Positions 19,015 through 28,498 are shown, counted from the stretch's first letter. The stretch: DNA of 64,000 bases from Bradymonadia bacterium (GCA_044376085.1 JBILLN010000004.1:36076-100075), one strand, 5' to 3'. The notes: a model not told the origin generated them from the letters alone. Made by a program: numbers and translations.

Positions 19015-22000
19015 GTATTGGCCTGGGGGTCGCAGGTCGAATTCTGCGGGAAGTTGTTGGCGCGGCAGTCCGCGTTGTCCGTGCAGGCACGGCAGACGGC
19101 CCCGCCCATGGCGTCCAGATCGCAGAGATTCCCGTCGGGGTGTCCCGCGCAGTCGGCGTTCCCGGTGCACGGCTGGCAGGTGTTCATCGTGCAGACGCGG
19201 CCCCCGTTGCAGTTTGCCGACGTGAGGCACTGAACACAGTTACCGCCGGTGCAGAACGCCCCGTTGCCATTGCCCGCGCAATCGGCGTTGGCGGCGCAAT
19301 CGGTGCATGCGTCGTTGACGCAGATATCTGCGCCGCACCCGGCGTCGTCGACGGGGTCGCAGACGTGGCACTCGCCCGCGTCGCCCCCCGCAGCGATGCA
19401 GATGTCGCCGTTCGCGTTGCCCTGACACTCGGCGTCGGCCTGGCAGGCCCGGCAGGTGTTGTTCGCGTCTTCGCAGATCGGGGTGGCCGTCGCGGCCCCG
19501 CATCCCACGTTGCCCTCCGGATCGCAGGCCCCGCAGGCGCCCGTCGCGACGCACTCCGGGGTGGCGCCCCCGCATTCGGCATCCACCGAGCAAGCGCGGC
19601 AGGTAAACGCCATCGCGTCGCAGATCGGCAACGCGCCCTGCGGGTCGCAGTCGGCGTGATTGGCCGGGTCGCACCCTCGACAGCGACCGTCGACGCACTC
19701 GTTCAGCGCGCCGGTCCGGGTCGCGCACTCCACATCGCCGGGTGCGTTGGCGGCGCACGCGCGGCACTGATAGGACGCGCCGTCGCAGATCGGTGTGGCG
19801 CTGTTCTCGGTACAACCGTCGCTCTGCACGGGGTCGCAGGGCTTGCAGGCGCCCGAGGCGACGCACTGCGTCCCGTTGGGGTTCGTGTTGCAGTCGGGGT
19901 CCCCTCCGCACGCCACACACGAGAAGCTCTGCGCGCTGCAGTTGGGGAAGTTGCCGTTGGCCGAGCAGCCCTCGTCGTCGTTCGGATCGCAGCCTCGGCA
20001 TCGGCCGGCGACGCACTGGTTCAAGCCGAGCACGCCGGGATGGTCCACACACTCCTGGTCCGGATCCGCCGCGCCGCCCGGGGCCTGGCACGCCCGGCAG
20101 GTGAACGTGCCGCCGTCGCAGATCGGGCTCGCGCCGTTCTCCGCGCAGCCGCTGTCGTCCGTCGGATCGCAGGCCCGGCAGCGCCCGCCGGAGCACTGAT
20201 CGAGGTTGCCCGGATGGTCGGTACACTCCGTGTCGCCCGCCGCCCCCGCGGCACACGCCCGGCAGGTGAAGGTTCCGGCGTCGCAGATCGGGGAAGCGGC
20301 GTTCTCCGCGCACCCGGCGTCGTCGCCGGGGTCACAGACGCGGCAGCGACCGGACACGCATTGGTCCAGGCTCCCGGGGTGATCCGAGCACTCGGTGTCC
20401 CCGGCCGCCCCGGCCGCACATGCCCGGCACGTGAAGGTTCCGGCGTCACAGATCGGGGAAGCGGCGTTTTCGGCACATCCGGCGTCGTCCCCCGGGTCGC
20501 AGGCGCGACACCGGCCGGCAACGCACTGGTCCGCGTCTCCGGCCAGCGGCGCACACTCCGCGTCGCCGGCCGCGCCCGCCGCGCAGCCGCGACAGCTCAG
20601 GGTTCCCGTGTCGCAGATGGGCGTCGCGGCGCCGCAGGCGTTGCGGCCCGGATCGCAGTCGCCGCACCGGCCGGTCGCCAGGTCGCAGACCGCGCCCTCC
20701 GGGTTCCCGTTGCAGTCCCCGTCGGCCTGACAGCCCCGGCACGTGAAGGTCACGTTGCTGCAGACCGGAGTGTTCGACGCGGCGGCGCACCCGGCGTTGC
20801 CGGCGGGATCGCAGAGGCGACAATCGCCACCGACGCACTGGTCCTCGTTCCCGGGACGGTCGGCGCACTCCTGGTCATTGACGCAGTCCTCGCAGCGATT
20901 GTCGACCTCGTCGCAGATCGGTGTGATCAGGTCGCAGGGCGCGTCGCTGGCCGAGTTGCACCGACGGCACCGACCCACGACGGGATTGCAGAGGGTCCCC
21001 GTCGGGTTGTCCGAGCACTCGCCGTCGTTGCCGCAGGCCCGGCACTGGAAGTTCGCCCCGCACACCGGGGTATTGCTGGTGGCGACGCACCCGGCATCGT
21101 CCGCCGGGTCGCACGGACGACACGCCCCGCCGACGCATTGCTGGCCGTTGCAGTCGTTGTCGTTGCGGCATCCGGTGCACATGCCCGGAGCGTCGTTGCA
21201 GAACGGCGTCTGGCCGGAACAGGCCGCCAGGTTGCCGCATCGGCAGACCCGGTTCGTGCACGTGCTGGTGGAGTCCTGCGGACAGGGGACGTCGCACGCG
21301 CCGCACTGGTCGTTCAGCCCACCGCCGGTCGCTTCGCAGACGAAGTTGCAGCAGAGCTGGTTCGCCGCGCAGCCCGCGTGATCGGCGGGATCGCACGCCC
21401 GGCAGACGTTGGCGACGCACTGACCGTTGTTGGGGCAGTCCCCGTCGGCGAGGCACTGCACGCAGCGACCGTTGGCGTCGTCGCAGACCGGTGTCGCGCC
21501 GTTACAGGCCGGATTGTTGCCGCAGCGGCAGGTCCGACCCTCGCAGAGGTTGCTGTTCGTCTGGGTGCAGGCGGTGTTGCAGGCCGCGCACTGCTGGGCC
21601 GGCCCGGGGCCCGTCGGCGTGCAGGCGTTGTTGCAGCACAACTCGTTGGCCGCGCACTGGTTGTTGTTCTGACACTGCCGGCACGCACCGTTGATGCAGA
21701 GACCCGTCGGCGCCATGCACTCTGCGGCCCCCGCGCCCGAACCGCACACGCATTCGCGGTTGCGGCAGGTGTCCGCGGCCGAGCCGCAGGCGGAGCCGCA
21801 GCTCTCGCATTGCTGCCCGGCGCCCCCTCCGGTCGGCCCGCACTGGAAGTTGCAGCAGAGCTGATCGCCGTTGCAGCCGGCGTGATCGCCCGGATCGCAC
21901 GGCCGGCAGACGAAGTCGACGCACTGGCCGCCGCCGGGGCGTCCCTGGCAATCCGGGTCGTCGACACACTCGACGCACCGCCCCGTCGGATCGTGGCACA

Positions 22001-25000
22001 CGGGCGTATTGCCGCTGCAGGGCTGGTTCGCACCGCACTGGCAGTCCCGGCCGGTACAGCTGTTGGTGGCCTCGGTATCGCAGGCCGCGTCGCACGCCTC
22101 GCACTGGTCACCGGCTCCCGGTCCGGTGGCCTCGCACCGGAAGACGCCCGGCTGCCCGGCGCCGCAGCACACCTGGTTGGCGGCGCAGCCGTCGTGTCCG
22201 TTCGGATCGCAGGCCCGGCAGACGTTGTTGACGCACTGACCGCCGTCCGGATCGCCGGCGCAGTGGGCGTCGACGAGACATTCGACGCACGTATCACGGG
22301 GGTCGTCGCAATGCGGCGTCCCGCCGGCGCAGGGGGGACCGTTGCCGCAGCGGCAGGACCGGCCGACGCAGGCATCGGTCGTCTCGACGTCGCAGGCGAC
22401 GCCGCACGCCTGGCACTGCTGGTTGGCGTTCGGCCCCGTGCGCTGGCACTGGAAGTTGCAGCAGATGTCGTTGGCCCCGCAGCCAGCCTGATCGGACGGG
22501 TCGCAGGCCCGGCAGACGTGGTCGACGCATTGCCCTCGGGCCGGGTCGAGGCAGTCGCCGTCGACGCGGCACTCTTCGCAGGTGCCGCCGATGCACCACG
22601 GGAGGTCGCCCGCCGGATCGCACGGCGCCCCCGACGCGCCGCAGGAGCAGTCGAACTCGTGTTCGTTGCCGGCCGGAACGGAGATGCAGGTGTCCGCGCG
22701 GTTCCGGTCGCAGGGCTGACCGCAGGACTCGCACTGGAAGTCCGCGTCCGTCGCGGTGCAGACCTCGTCGCAGCAGCGCTCCTGTGCCCCGCACTGGCCG
22801 TTCGTCCGGCATCCGAGGCACAGGTAGTCACCCTGCCCGTTGCGCTGACCGCAAACGGTGACGCCCGCCTGGCAGGCCGAGTTTTCGCCGCAACGACACT
22901 CCCGCTCGGTGCAGGTCTGCGCGACGGACGGGTCGCAGCCCCCGTCCCCGCACGCGGCGCACTGCCCGCCGGGCCCGGGATCCGTGGGCTCGCATCGGCC
23001 GTCGCAGCACAGGGCGTCGTCCCCGCAGTCTTCGTTCCGCTGGCACACGCAGGCGCCGCCGATGCAGCGAAGTCCGCCCTCGCAGGCCGGTCCGTTCCCG
23101 CAGGCGCACTGGAGCCCCGCGCCGCCCACGTCCCGGCAGCCGTCGGCACCCTGCCCGCACGCGACGCCGCAACCGCCGCAGTTCTGCAGCGTATTGACCG
23201 AGCGGCAGGCGCGGTTGCAGCAGTCCTGTCCGGCGCCGCACGCCACGTCGCAGCTTCCGCAGTGCTGGGGGTCGGAGCCGAAGTCGAAGTCTTCGTCGGG
23301 CTGCCCGTCGCAATCGTCGTCCTGGCTGTTGCAGACCTCTGCGCCGGGCAGGATCTGCCCCATGCAGGCCGAGAATGCGCCGTTGTTGCAGACCCGGAGG
23401 CCGCTGCGGCACACGCCGACGCCATCGAGCGCGGGGTCTGCGTCGTAGCAGCCCTGGGTGAACTGGTCGATCACCCGGTCGCAGTTATTGTCGATGCCGT
23501 CGCAGGCTTCCGGTTCGGGGCCGATCTGGTTCTCGCAGGCACCGAGCAGGCCATCGACGCAGGCACGCCGACCGTCCCGGCAGGCGCCCACCCCGCGAAG
23601 CTCGGGGCCGAAGTCCCAGCAGGGCACGTCGATGTCGTCGTCGACGGTGCCGTCGCAGTCGTTGTCGAGGGCATCGCAGACCTCGGGCTGTGGCGTGACC
23701 TCGCCTTCGCAGGCGGCGAACTGACCTTCGACGCACCGCCGGATGCCCTCCCGGCACTCCCCGTTTCCGAGCGTCTCCGCGGGACCGCCGTAACACCGCT
23801 CGAAGACGGGCTCACCTCCGGGCCCGTTATCGGTCTGACCATCGCAGTCGTTATCGAGCCCGTCACAGATTTCGTCGCTGGGCAGGACGGCCCCGCGGCA
23901 GTCCGACAGCGTGCCGTTCAGGCAGAAGAGTCGCCCCTGGCGGCAGGCGCCGCGCTCGAGCTCGGGGCCGCACGTCCCCTGCCCCTCGTCCGGCAGCGGT
24001 GCCCCCCCGTTCAGCACATCCGTCAGGCCATCGCAGTCATTGTCGAAGCCGTCGCAGATTTCCGCCGTCCCCATGTCGCCCAGGCAAAGGTCGAAAACGG
24101 TCCCGTCGGCGCCGTGCGCGCAGACGAGCGGGCCCATGCGACACGCCCCCTCGTCCCGGCCGCAGGTCTCCGGATGGGGCATCGGATCCCCCTCGAACAA
24201 GCGCGGATTGCCCTCGTCCACGATGCCATCGCAGTCGTCGTCCCGATTGTTGCAGCGTTCGGGGACACCCGGAGCGACCTCGTCATCGCGGTCGTCGCAG
24301 TCCCAGGGCAGCGGAAACCCGTCGCCGTCGCGGTCCTGAACATCCGAGCACGCGGGGGCCTCGCCGTCGCAGTTCTCGTCCACGGCGTTCCCGCAGCGCT
24401 CCGGAGCGTCGGCGTGAATGGCGGGATCGCCCTCGTTGCAGTCGTCGGCGCCGACGTGGCCGTCCTTGTCCGTATCCGCCGGGTCGCAGGCGAGGTCCTC
24501 GGCATTGCAGTCCTGATCGATGCCGTCCCCGCAGACCTCTTCGCCGCCGGGGTGACGACCGGAATCCGTGTCGTCGCAGTCCCGTCGGGCCGGGTCCGGG
24601 TCGCCCGCCAGGAACCCGTCACCGTCCAGATCGGCCATCTCGCCATCCGAGACGCAGGGCGCCTGACCGTCGCAGTCCTGGTCGATCCCGTCACAGGAGA
24701 CTTCGCCCGCCTGCGGGTGAATCCCCACGTTGCCGTCGTCACAGTCGCGCCGGGAAGGCTCGGGGTCGTCGGCGAACCAGCCGTCGCCGTCCATGTCCGT
24801 GCCCGTGCCGTCGGATCCGTTGCAGTCTTGGTCGACCTCGTCCCCGGGGGTGTCGTACGCGTCCGGGTTGATCGTCCCGTCGGCATCGTCACAGTCCGTG
24901 GAGACCGTGAAGCCGTCCCCGTCCGCGTCGGTCTCGTCGCAGGCCACGTCGCCGCCGTCACAATCGTCGTCGACGTCGTTGTCGCAGACGAGGTAGTCCG

Positions 25001-25670
25001 CAGCGGACTCCGTCGGCGCGAAGGGCGTCGCGGCCTCTGCCGAGCGCCGTTTCAGATCCGGGCGGTCCGGGACCGGAATCTCGGTGGCGTCGTCGAGGCA
25101 GTCGCCGAGCGCTCCGCGGTGCATGTTCGGGATGCTGACGCAGCATTGGGCTGCGACGTTGCCGCAGTCCCGATAGGTGTCCCCGTCGGCATCGCACGCC
25201 GGATCGTACGCGACCCCGGCGATCTCGACGGCGTCGCCGCTCCCCGTCCCGAGGAAACCGTCGGCGACGGCCACCGGCGTTTCGCCCGCGAGCGCGACGG
25301 CGTGGAGGTACATCGGTCCCTCGCCGGGCGGCAGGAAGCCCTCGCCGACCGTGAACCCGTCGACGCGCAGCGTGCGGCCGTCGATCGCTGCGAGCTTCTC
25401 CGCGACGACCCGCCCCGCCACGCCGGCGTCGGAGGCGGCCTGGCGCTTCACGCGCACGAGCCAGCGGTCGGGCGCCGGAGACGGCGCCTCCCCGAGGACG
25501 ACCTTGGGCGCGCCGCCGCCGGCGCCGGCCGTAGACGCCTCACCGCACGCGGCCAGCGCCAGGGCCACCAGCAGGGACACCCCCGCGCGGTACCCGTGCT
25601 GCCGACCGTTCGTTGCTGCCTCGATGTGCCGTTCCGTTCGCGCTTCGCGCACAGGACCCCCGCAGGCCAT
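19002..25670 (-). CDS. giant (about 2200 aa) Cys-rich lipoprotein: MopE-like repeats followed by disulfide-rich repeat arrays
   Basis: Lipobox VALALAAC; DADGDG..DCDD..P...E.C..DQDC repeats; STIG1-like DPQHCGSCDVAC; long CRACDP..GC..PIC..TC arrays to the C-terminus. The exact start is uncertain. Confidence 0.9.
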   Translation of the reverse strand: MACGGPVREARTERHIEAATNGRQHGYRAGVSLLVALALAACGEASTAGAGGGAPKVVLGEAPSPAPDRWLVRVKRQAASDAGVAGRVVAEKLAAIDGRTLRVDGFTVGEGFLPPGEGPMYLHAVALAGETPVAVADGFLGTGSGDAVEIAGVAYDPACDADGDTYRDCGNVAAQCCVSIPNMHRGALGDCLDDATEIPVPDRPDLKRRSAEAATPFAPTESAADYLVCDNDVDDDCDGGDVACDETDADGDGFTVSTDCDDADGTINPDAYDTPGDEVDQDCNGSDGTGTDMDGDGWFADDPEPSRRDCDDGNVGIHPQAGEVSCDGIDQDCDGQAPCVSDGEMADLDGDGFLAGDPDPARRDCDDTDSGRHPGGEEVCGDGIDQDCNAEDLACDPADTDKDGHVGADDCNEGDPAIHADAPERCGNAVDENCDGEAPACSDVQDRDGDGFPLPWDCDDRDDEVAPGVPERCNNRDDDCDGIVDEGNPRLFEGDPMPHPETCGRDEGACRMGPLVCAHGADGTVFDLCLGDMGTAEICDGFDNDCDGLTDVLNGGAPLPDEGQGTCGPELERGACRQGRLFCLNGTLSDCRGAVLPSDEICDGLDNDCDGQTDNGPGGEPVFERCYGGPAETLGNGECREGIRRCVEGQFAACEGEVTPQPEVCDALDNDCDGTVDDDIDVPCWDFGPELRGVGACRDGRRACVDGLLGACENQIGPEPEACDGIDNNCDRVIDQFTQGCYDADPALDGVGVCRSGLRVCNNGAFSACMGQILPGAEVCNSQDDDCDGQPDEDFDFGSDPQHCGSCDVACGAGQDCCNRACRSVNTLQNCGGCGVACGQGADGCRDVGGAGLQCACGNGPACEGGLRCIGGACVCQRNEDCGDDALCCDGRCEPTDPGPGGQCAACGDGGCDPSVAQTCTERECRCGENSACQAGVTVCGQRNGQGDYLCLGCRTNGQCGAQERCCDEVCTATDADFQCESCGQPCDRNRADTCISVPAGNEHEFDCSCGASGAPCDPAGDLPWCIGGTCEECRVDGDCLDPARGQCVDHVCRACDPSDQAGCGANDICCNFQCQRTGPNANQQCQACGVACDVETTDACVGRSCRCGNGPPCAGGTPHCDDPRDTCVECLVDAHCAGDPDGGQCVNNVCRACDPNGHDGCAANQVCCGAGQPGVFRCEATGPGAGDQCEACDAACDTEATNSCTGRDCQCGANQPCSGNTPVCHDPTGRCVECVDDPDCQGRPGGGQCVDFVCRPCDPGDHAGCNGDQLCCNFQCGPTGGGAGQQCESCGSACGSAADTCRNRECVCGSGAGAAECMAPTGLCINGACRQCQNNNQCAANELCCNNACTPTGPGPAQQCAACNTACTQTNSNLCEGRTCRCGNNPACNGATPVCDDANGRCVQCLADGDCPNNGQCVANVCRACDPADHAGCAANQLCCNFVCEATGGGLNDQCGACDVPCPQDSTSTCTNRVCRCGNLAACSGQTPFCNDAPGMCTGCRNDNDCNGQQCVGGACRPCDPADDAGCVATSNTPVCGANFQCRACGNDGECSDNPTGTLCNPVVGRCRRCNSASDAPCDLITPICDEVDNRCEDCVNDQECADRPGNEDQCVGGDCRLCDPAGNAGCAAASNTPVCSNVTFTCRGCQADGDCNGNPEGAVCDLATGRCGDCDPGRNACGAATPICDTGTLSCRGCAAGAAGDAECAPLAGDADQCVAGRCRACDPGDDAGCAENAASPICDAGTFTCRACAAGAAGDTECSDHPGSLDQCVSGRCRVCDPGDDAGCAENAASPICDAGTFTCRACAAGAAGDTECTDHPGNLDQCSGGRCRACDPTDDSGCAENGASPICDGGTFTCRACQAPGGAADPDQECVDHPGVLGLNQCVAGRCRGCDPNDDEGCSANGNFPNCSAQSFSCVACGGDPDCNTNPNGTQCVASGACKPCDPVQSDGCTENSATPICDGASYQCRACAANAPGDVECATRTGALNECVDGRCRGCDPANHADCDPQGALPICDAMAFTCRACSVDAECGGATPECVATGACGACDPEGNVGCGAATATPICEDANNTCRACQADAECQGNANGDICIAAGGDAGECHVCDPVDDAGCGADICVNDACTDCAANADCAGNGNGAFCTGGNCVQCLTSANCNGGRVCTMNTCQPCTGNADCAGHPDGNLCDLDAMGGAVCRACTDNADCRANNFPQNSTCDPQANTCSN
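20001..20510 (-). repeat. intragenic tandem repeat, 165 bp (55 aa) unit, about 3 similar copies
   Basis: GATCGGG-anchored blocks recur at 20121, 20286 and 20451. Unit: CRACDPGDDAGCAENAASPICDAGTFTCRACAAGAAGDTECSDHPGSLDQCVSGR. Confidence 0.85.
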
Positions 25671-25810
25671 GGTGTCTGTTCATCGTCCGAATTCGTCGCG
25701 GGCACGGACCCGCCTCGACGCACACCGCGCCCGACGTTCCGGTCCGGTCCGCGTTCGGGGCAATGCCCCTCCCGACGTTGTCGGACGAAAACGCACGGCG
25801 CTTCAACCGA

Positions 25811-25840
25811 ATCATACGGACGGTCCGCGACCCGTGGCAA
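25811..25840 (-). promoter_or_regulatory. candidate sigma70 promoter of the Cys-rich protein / kinase operon
   Basis: Minus strand TTGCCA-N18-TATGAT in the intergenic region upstream of 25670. Confidence 0.5.
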
Positions 25841-25899
25841 AGGGGTCTTCGCTTCCCGACGCACTTGCCTGCCGGTCCGAATCGTGCGATCCCCGCGCC

Positions 25900-26439
25900 G
25901 TGATCGAGCCACTCACCCGAGCCCGGCCGCCCATCGTGCGCGGCGTTTCCGGTACGCCCGTCGCGTACATCTATCGCGACGTCCTGACCGAGATTCTCTT
26001 CAACGGCGCCTATGCCCCCGAGCAGGTGGCGGGCGGTCTGCTCGTCGGCGGCCACTATCAGTGTCCCGACTCCGGCCGCGCCTACGTGGAGGTCGAGGGG
26101 TTCGTCTCCGGAACCCACGTCGAGAACCTCGGCGAGTTGCTGAGGACGTTCCGCGTGCAGTGGAAGACCGCCGGCCTCGCGCTGCGGTACAACTTCCCCG
26201 GCGCCGAGCTCGTCGGGTGGTACGCCGCGTTTCCCCGGGCCGCCGAGGCGCCGTCACAGGACGCGCTCGTCCTGCACCAGACGTTCTTCACCCACCCGTG
26301 GCAGATCGGGCTGTGGGTTCCCCCCGAGCCCGACCTCGCCCGGGCCCTCTCGACCGCCTCGGAAGCGGGGGCGGCCGTCCCTCGCCTCGAAGGGCATCCC
26401 CTCGGCGTGATCCAGTCCGCCGCCGCCCGAGCGCGTTGA
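25900..26439 (+). CDS. JAB/MPN (Mov34)-like protein with degenerate JAMM motif
   Basis: GTG 25900. The segments GGLLVG, LVGWYAAFP and PSQDALVLHQTFFTHPWQIGL align by eye with bacterial Rpn11-like E.GG.LLG, VGWYHSHP and S..D...HQ.FF..PWQ.AL. Confidence 0.7.
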   Translation: MIEPLTRARPPIVRGVSGTPVAYIYRDVLTEILFNGAYAPEQVAGGLLVGGHYQCPDSGRAYVEVEGFVSGTHVENLGELLRTFRVQWKTAGLALRYNFPGAELVGWYAAFPRAAEAPSQDALVLHQTFFTHPWQIGLWVPPEPDLARALSTASEAGAAVPRLEGHPLGVIQSAAARAR

Positions 26440-26465
26440 CAGTCGCCCCGCCCCCGGGCTATGCA
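26436..26465 (+). promoter_or_regulatory. candidate sigma70 promoter of the bactofilin operon
   Basis: TTGACA-N18-TATGCA, followed by a GGAGG RBS before ATG 26498. Confidence 0.4.
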
Positions 26466-26497
26466 GGCGCCCCGAACCGATCTGGAGGCCAGTTCAG

Positions 26498-26857
26498 ATG
26501 ATTGCAGCGGGTACCACCGTCCGCGGGCAGCTTTCCGGCGACGAAGACCTCACCGTCGAGGGGCGCATCGAGGGCGCCGTCCGCCTCTCCAAGAACCTCA
26601 GCGTCGCCCCGGGCGCCGTGCTGGTCGCCGAGGTCGAGGCCCGCGCCGTCGGCATCGGCGGGCAGGTCACGGGCAACATCAAGGCCGGCGAAGCCCTGGC
26701 CATCGAGGCGGGGGCGACGGTCGTGGGTGACGTCACCACGCCGCGCCTCATCATCGAGGATGGCGCGAAGTTCAAGGGGCGCGTCACCATGAACGTCGAC
26801 ATCCCGCCCCTGGCGGTGCCGCCGGCGCCCACTCCCACCGATCCCAAGCGCCGCTGA
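26498..26857 (+). CDS. bacN: bactofilin (BacN-like)
   Basis: Beta-helix pattern GTTVRGQLSGDEDLTVEGRIEG...VGDVTTPRLIIEDGAKFKGRVTM. First gene of a triplet; the symbol is assigned by position. Confidence 0.85.
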   Translation: MIAAGTTVRGQLSGDEDLTVEGRIEGAVRLSKNLSVAPGAVLVAEVEARAVGIGGQVTGNIKAGEALAIEAGATVVGDVTTPRLIIEDGAKFKGRVTMNVDIPPLAVPPAPTPTDPKRR

Positions 26858-26891
26858 GTCGGCTGCACTTTCCTTCCGGAGAACCCACACC

Positions 26892-27212
26892 ATGGCCAAT
26901 ACCGTCATCGGCAGCACGATCGTCATCGACGGCGAGATCACGGGCAGCGACGCCCTCGTCGTTCAGGGCGCCATCAAGGGTCGCATCCAGCTGACGGAGA
27001 GCGTCTTCGTCGAAAACTCGGCGCGGCTCGAGGCCGATCTCGACGTCGAAACGGTCGAGATCGGCGGCGTCGTCACCGGCAACATCAACGCCCGGGGCAA
27101 GGTCGAGATCAAGGCCGAGGGCAAGATGGTCGGCGACATCAAGGCGCCGCGCATCCTCATCGCGGACGGCGCCCTCTTCAAAGGCAACATCGACATGGAC
27201 GTGGGGCGATGA
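26892..27212 (+). CDS. bacO: bactofilin (BacO-like)
   Basis: MANTVIGSTIVIDGEI...VGDIKAPRILIADGALFKGNIDMD closely resembles myxobacterial BacO as recalled. Confidence 0.88.
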   Translation: MANTVIGSTIVIDGEITGSDALVVQGAIKGRIQLTESVFVENSARLEADLDVETVEIGGVVTGNINARGKVEIKAEGKMVGDIKAPRILIADGALFKGNIDMDVGR

Positions 27213-27215
27213 CCC

Positions 27216-27911
27216 ATGGCTGAGGCCACGACGCTCATCGCCGCCGGGACGCTCGTCCGCGGTCACCTTCAGGGGACGGAGGACCTCGTCGTCCACGGCG
27301 CCGTGCAGGGCACGGTGCGGCTCGACGGCGCGATCAGCGTCGAGCCGGGCGCCCGCGTCGACGCCGACGCGGAGGTCGTCGCTGCGACGGTGCACGGCAT
27401 TTTCGTCGGGCGCCTGGCCGCCGCCGACGTGATCGAACTCGCGTCCACGGCCCGCGTCCGGGGTGACCTCTTCGCCCCCCGGATCGTCGTTCGGGACGGC
27501 GCCGTCTTCGACGGCACCGTGGATACGCTCGAAATGCCGGCTGCCGCGCCGGCCGCCGCGCCTCCCGCCGCGCCATCCGCGCGCCCTCCGGTCCCGGCGG
27601 CCCCGGCGCCCGCTCCGCGCGCGGCCTTTCCCCCAGTGAGTCGTCCGATCGTGCCCGCTCCCGTCGCGGTGCCGGCCCCGGTCGTCGCGCCGGCCCCGGT
27701 CGTCGCGCCGGCCCCGGTCGTCGCGCCGGCCCCGGTCGTCGCGCCGGCCCCAGCGCCCGAAGCCGCGTCCCCCGTGGCCGCCGCGCCGGTCCCGGAAGCA
27801 TCGAACACGGTCCCGATGCCCGTCCTCGGCTCTGTCGCCGAGGACGACGACGACCCCGAACTGCCCGACTCGGCGGCCCGCAAACAGGTCGTCGTCAAGA
27901 AGCGGAAGTGA
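27216..27911 (+). CDS. bacP: bactofilin with Pro/Ala-rich tail (BacP-like)
   Basis: Bactofilin domain, disordered Pro-rich tail and basic C-terminus RKQVVVKKRK, as in BacP. Confidence 0.85.
   Translation: MAEATTLIAAGTLVRGHLQGTEDLVVHGAVQGTVRLDGAISVEPGARVDADAEVVAATVHGIFVGRLAAADVIELASTARVRGDLFAPRIVVRDGAVFDGTVDTLEMPAAAPAAAPPAAPSARPPVPAAPAPAPRAAFPPVSRPIVPAPVAVPAPVVAPAPVVAPAPVVAPAPVVAPAPAPEAASPVAAAPVPEASNTVPMPVLGSVAEDDDDPELPDSAARKQVVVKKRK
27671..27751 (+). repeat. perfect 18-bp tandem repeat (GCCGGCCCCGGTCGTCGC x4.5) encoding PAPVVA
   Basis: Directly visible in the bacP-like tail. Confidence 0.95.
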
Positions 27912-28498
27912 CCGACGCCGCTCCGACGGCCCGCGCGCGCTTGCTCGGGCTGCTGACCGCGCTGTCGTTCGAGCGGCGCCCCGTCGTGCTCTCGAGCGGA
28001 GCACCGAGCACGTTCTATCTCGACTGCAAGCAGACCGCTCTGCATCCTCGGGGAGCGGCGCTGATCGGCGACGAGCTGCTCGCGCTGGTGGAGGCCATCG
28101 AGATCGCGGCCGGTCGCAAGGCCCTCGGTGTCGGCGGCATGACGCTCGGTGCCGATCCGCTGGCGACGGCGACGAGCCTCGCCTCCCTCCGTCGCGACGC
28201 CCCGTTGGCGGCCTTCATCGTCCGCAAACAGGCCAAGGGCCACGGCACGGGGGCGTTCATCGAGGGCCGCCGGAATCTGCCCGACGGGAGCCCCGTCGTC
28301 CTGCTCGAAGACGTCGTCACGACGGGGGGCGCGACGATGGAGGCCCTGGAGCGGGTGCGGGCGGAGGGCCTCGTCCCCCTCGGGGTCGCCGCGCTCGTCG
28401 ACCGTCTGGCGGGTGGCGTCGCGCGTCTCGAAGGTGAGGGCCTCATCGTCCGCTGCCTCTTCCGCGCCACGGATTTTCCGGGCGTCGAGGCGCCGTGA
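27908..28498 (+). CDS. pyrE: orotate phosphoribosyltransferase
   Basis: Motifs LSSG..STFYLDCKQ, GGMTLGADP, VRKQAKGHGT..FIEG and PRPP-binding LLEDVVTTGG; GTGA overlap with bacP. Confidence 0.95.
   Translation: MTDAAPTARARLLGLLTALSFERRPVVLSSGAPSTFYLDCKQTALHPRGAALIGDELLALVEAIEIAAGRKALGVGGMTLGADPLATATSLASLRRDAPLAAFIVRKQAKGHGTGAFIEGRRNLPDGSPVVLLEDVVTTGGATMEALERVRAEGLVPLGVAALVDRLAGGVARLEGEGLIVRCLFRATDFPGVEAP

Noticed and set aside
19002-25670. Multiheme cytochrome interpretation of the many CxxC motifs
   Set aside because: The CxxC motifs are followed by D, A, G and similar residues rather than H, which fits disulfide-rich repeats.
25900-26439. JAB gene as part of a CBASS/Bil ubiquitin-like defence system
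   Set aside because: No CD-NTase, E1, E2 or Ubl genes nearby, and the catalytic residues are absent.
18819-26501. 2560-aa plus-strand ORF
   Set aside because: Antisense shadow of the Cys-rich genes; its Ala/Val/Arg-rich sequence mirrors Cys/Asp codons and has no motifs.
27671-27751. Repeat arrays (here and at 20001-20510) as CRISPR
   Set aside because: Both are in-frame coding repeats without unique spacers, and no cas genes are present.
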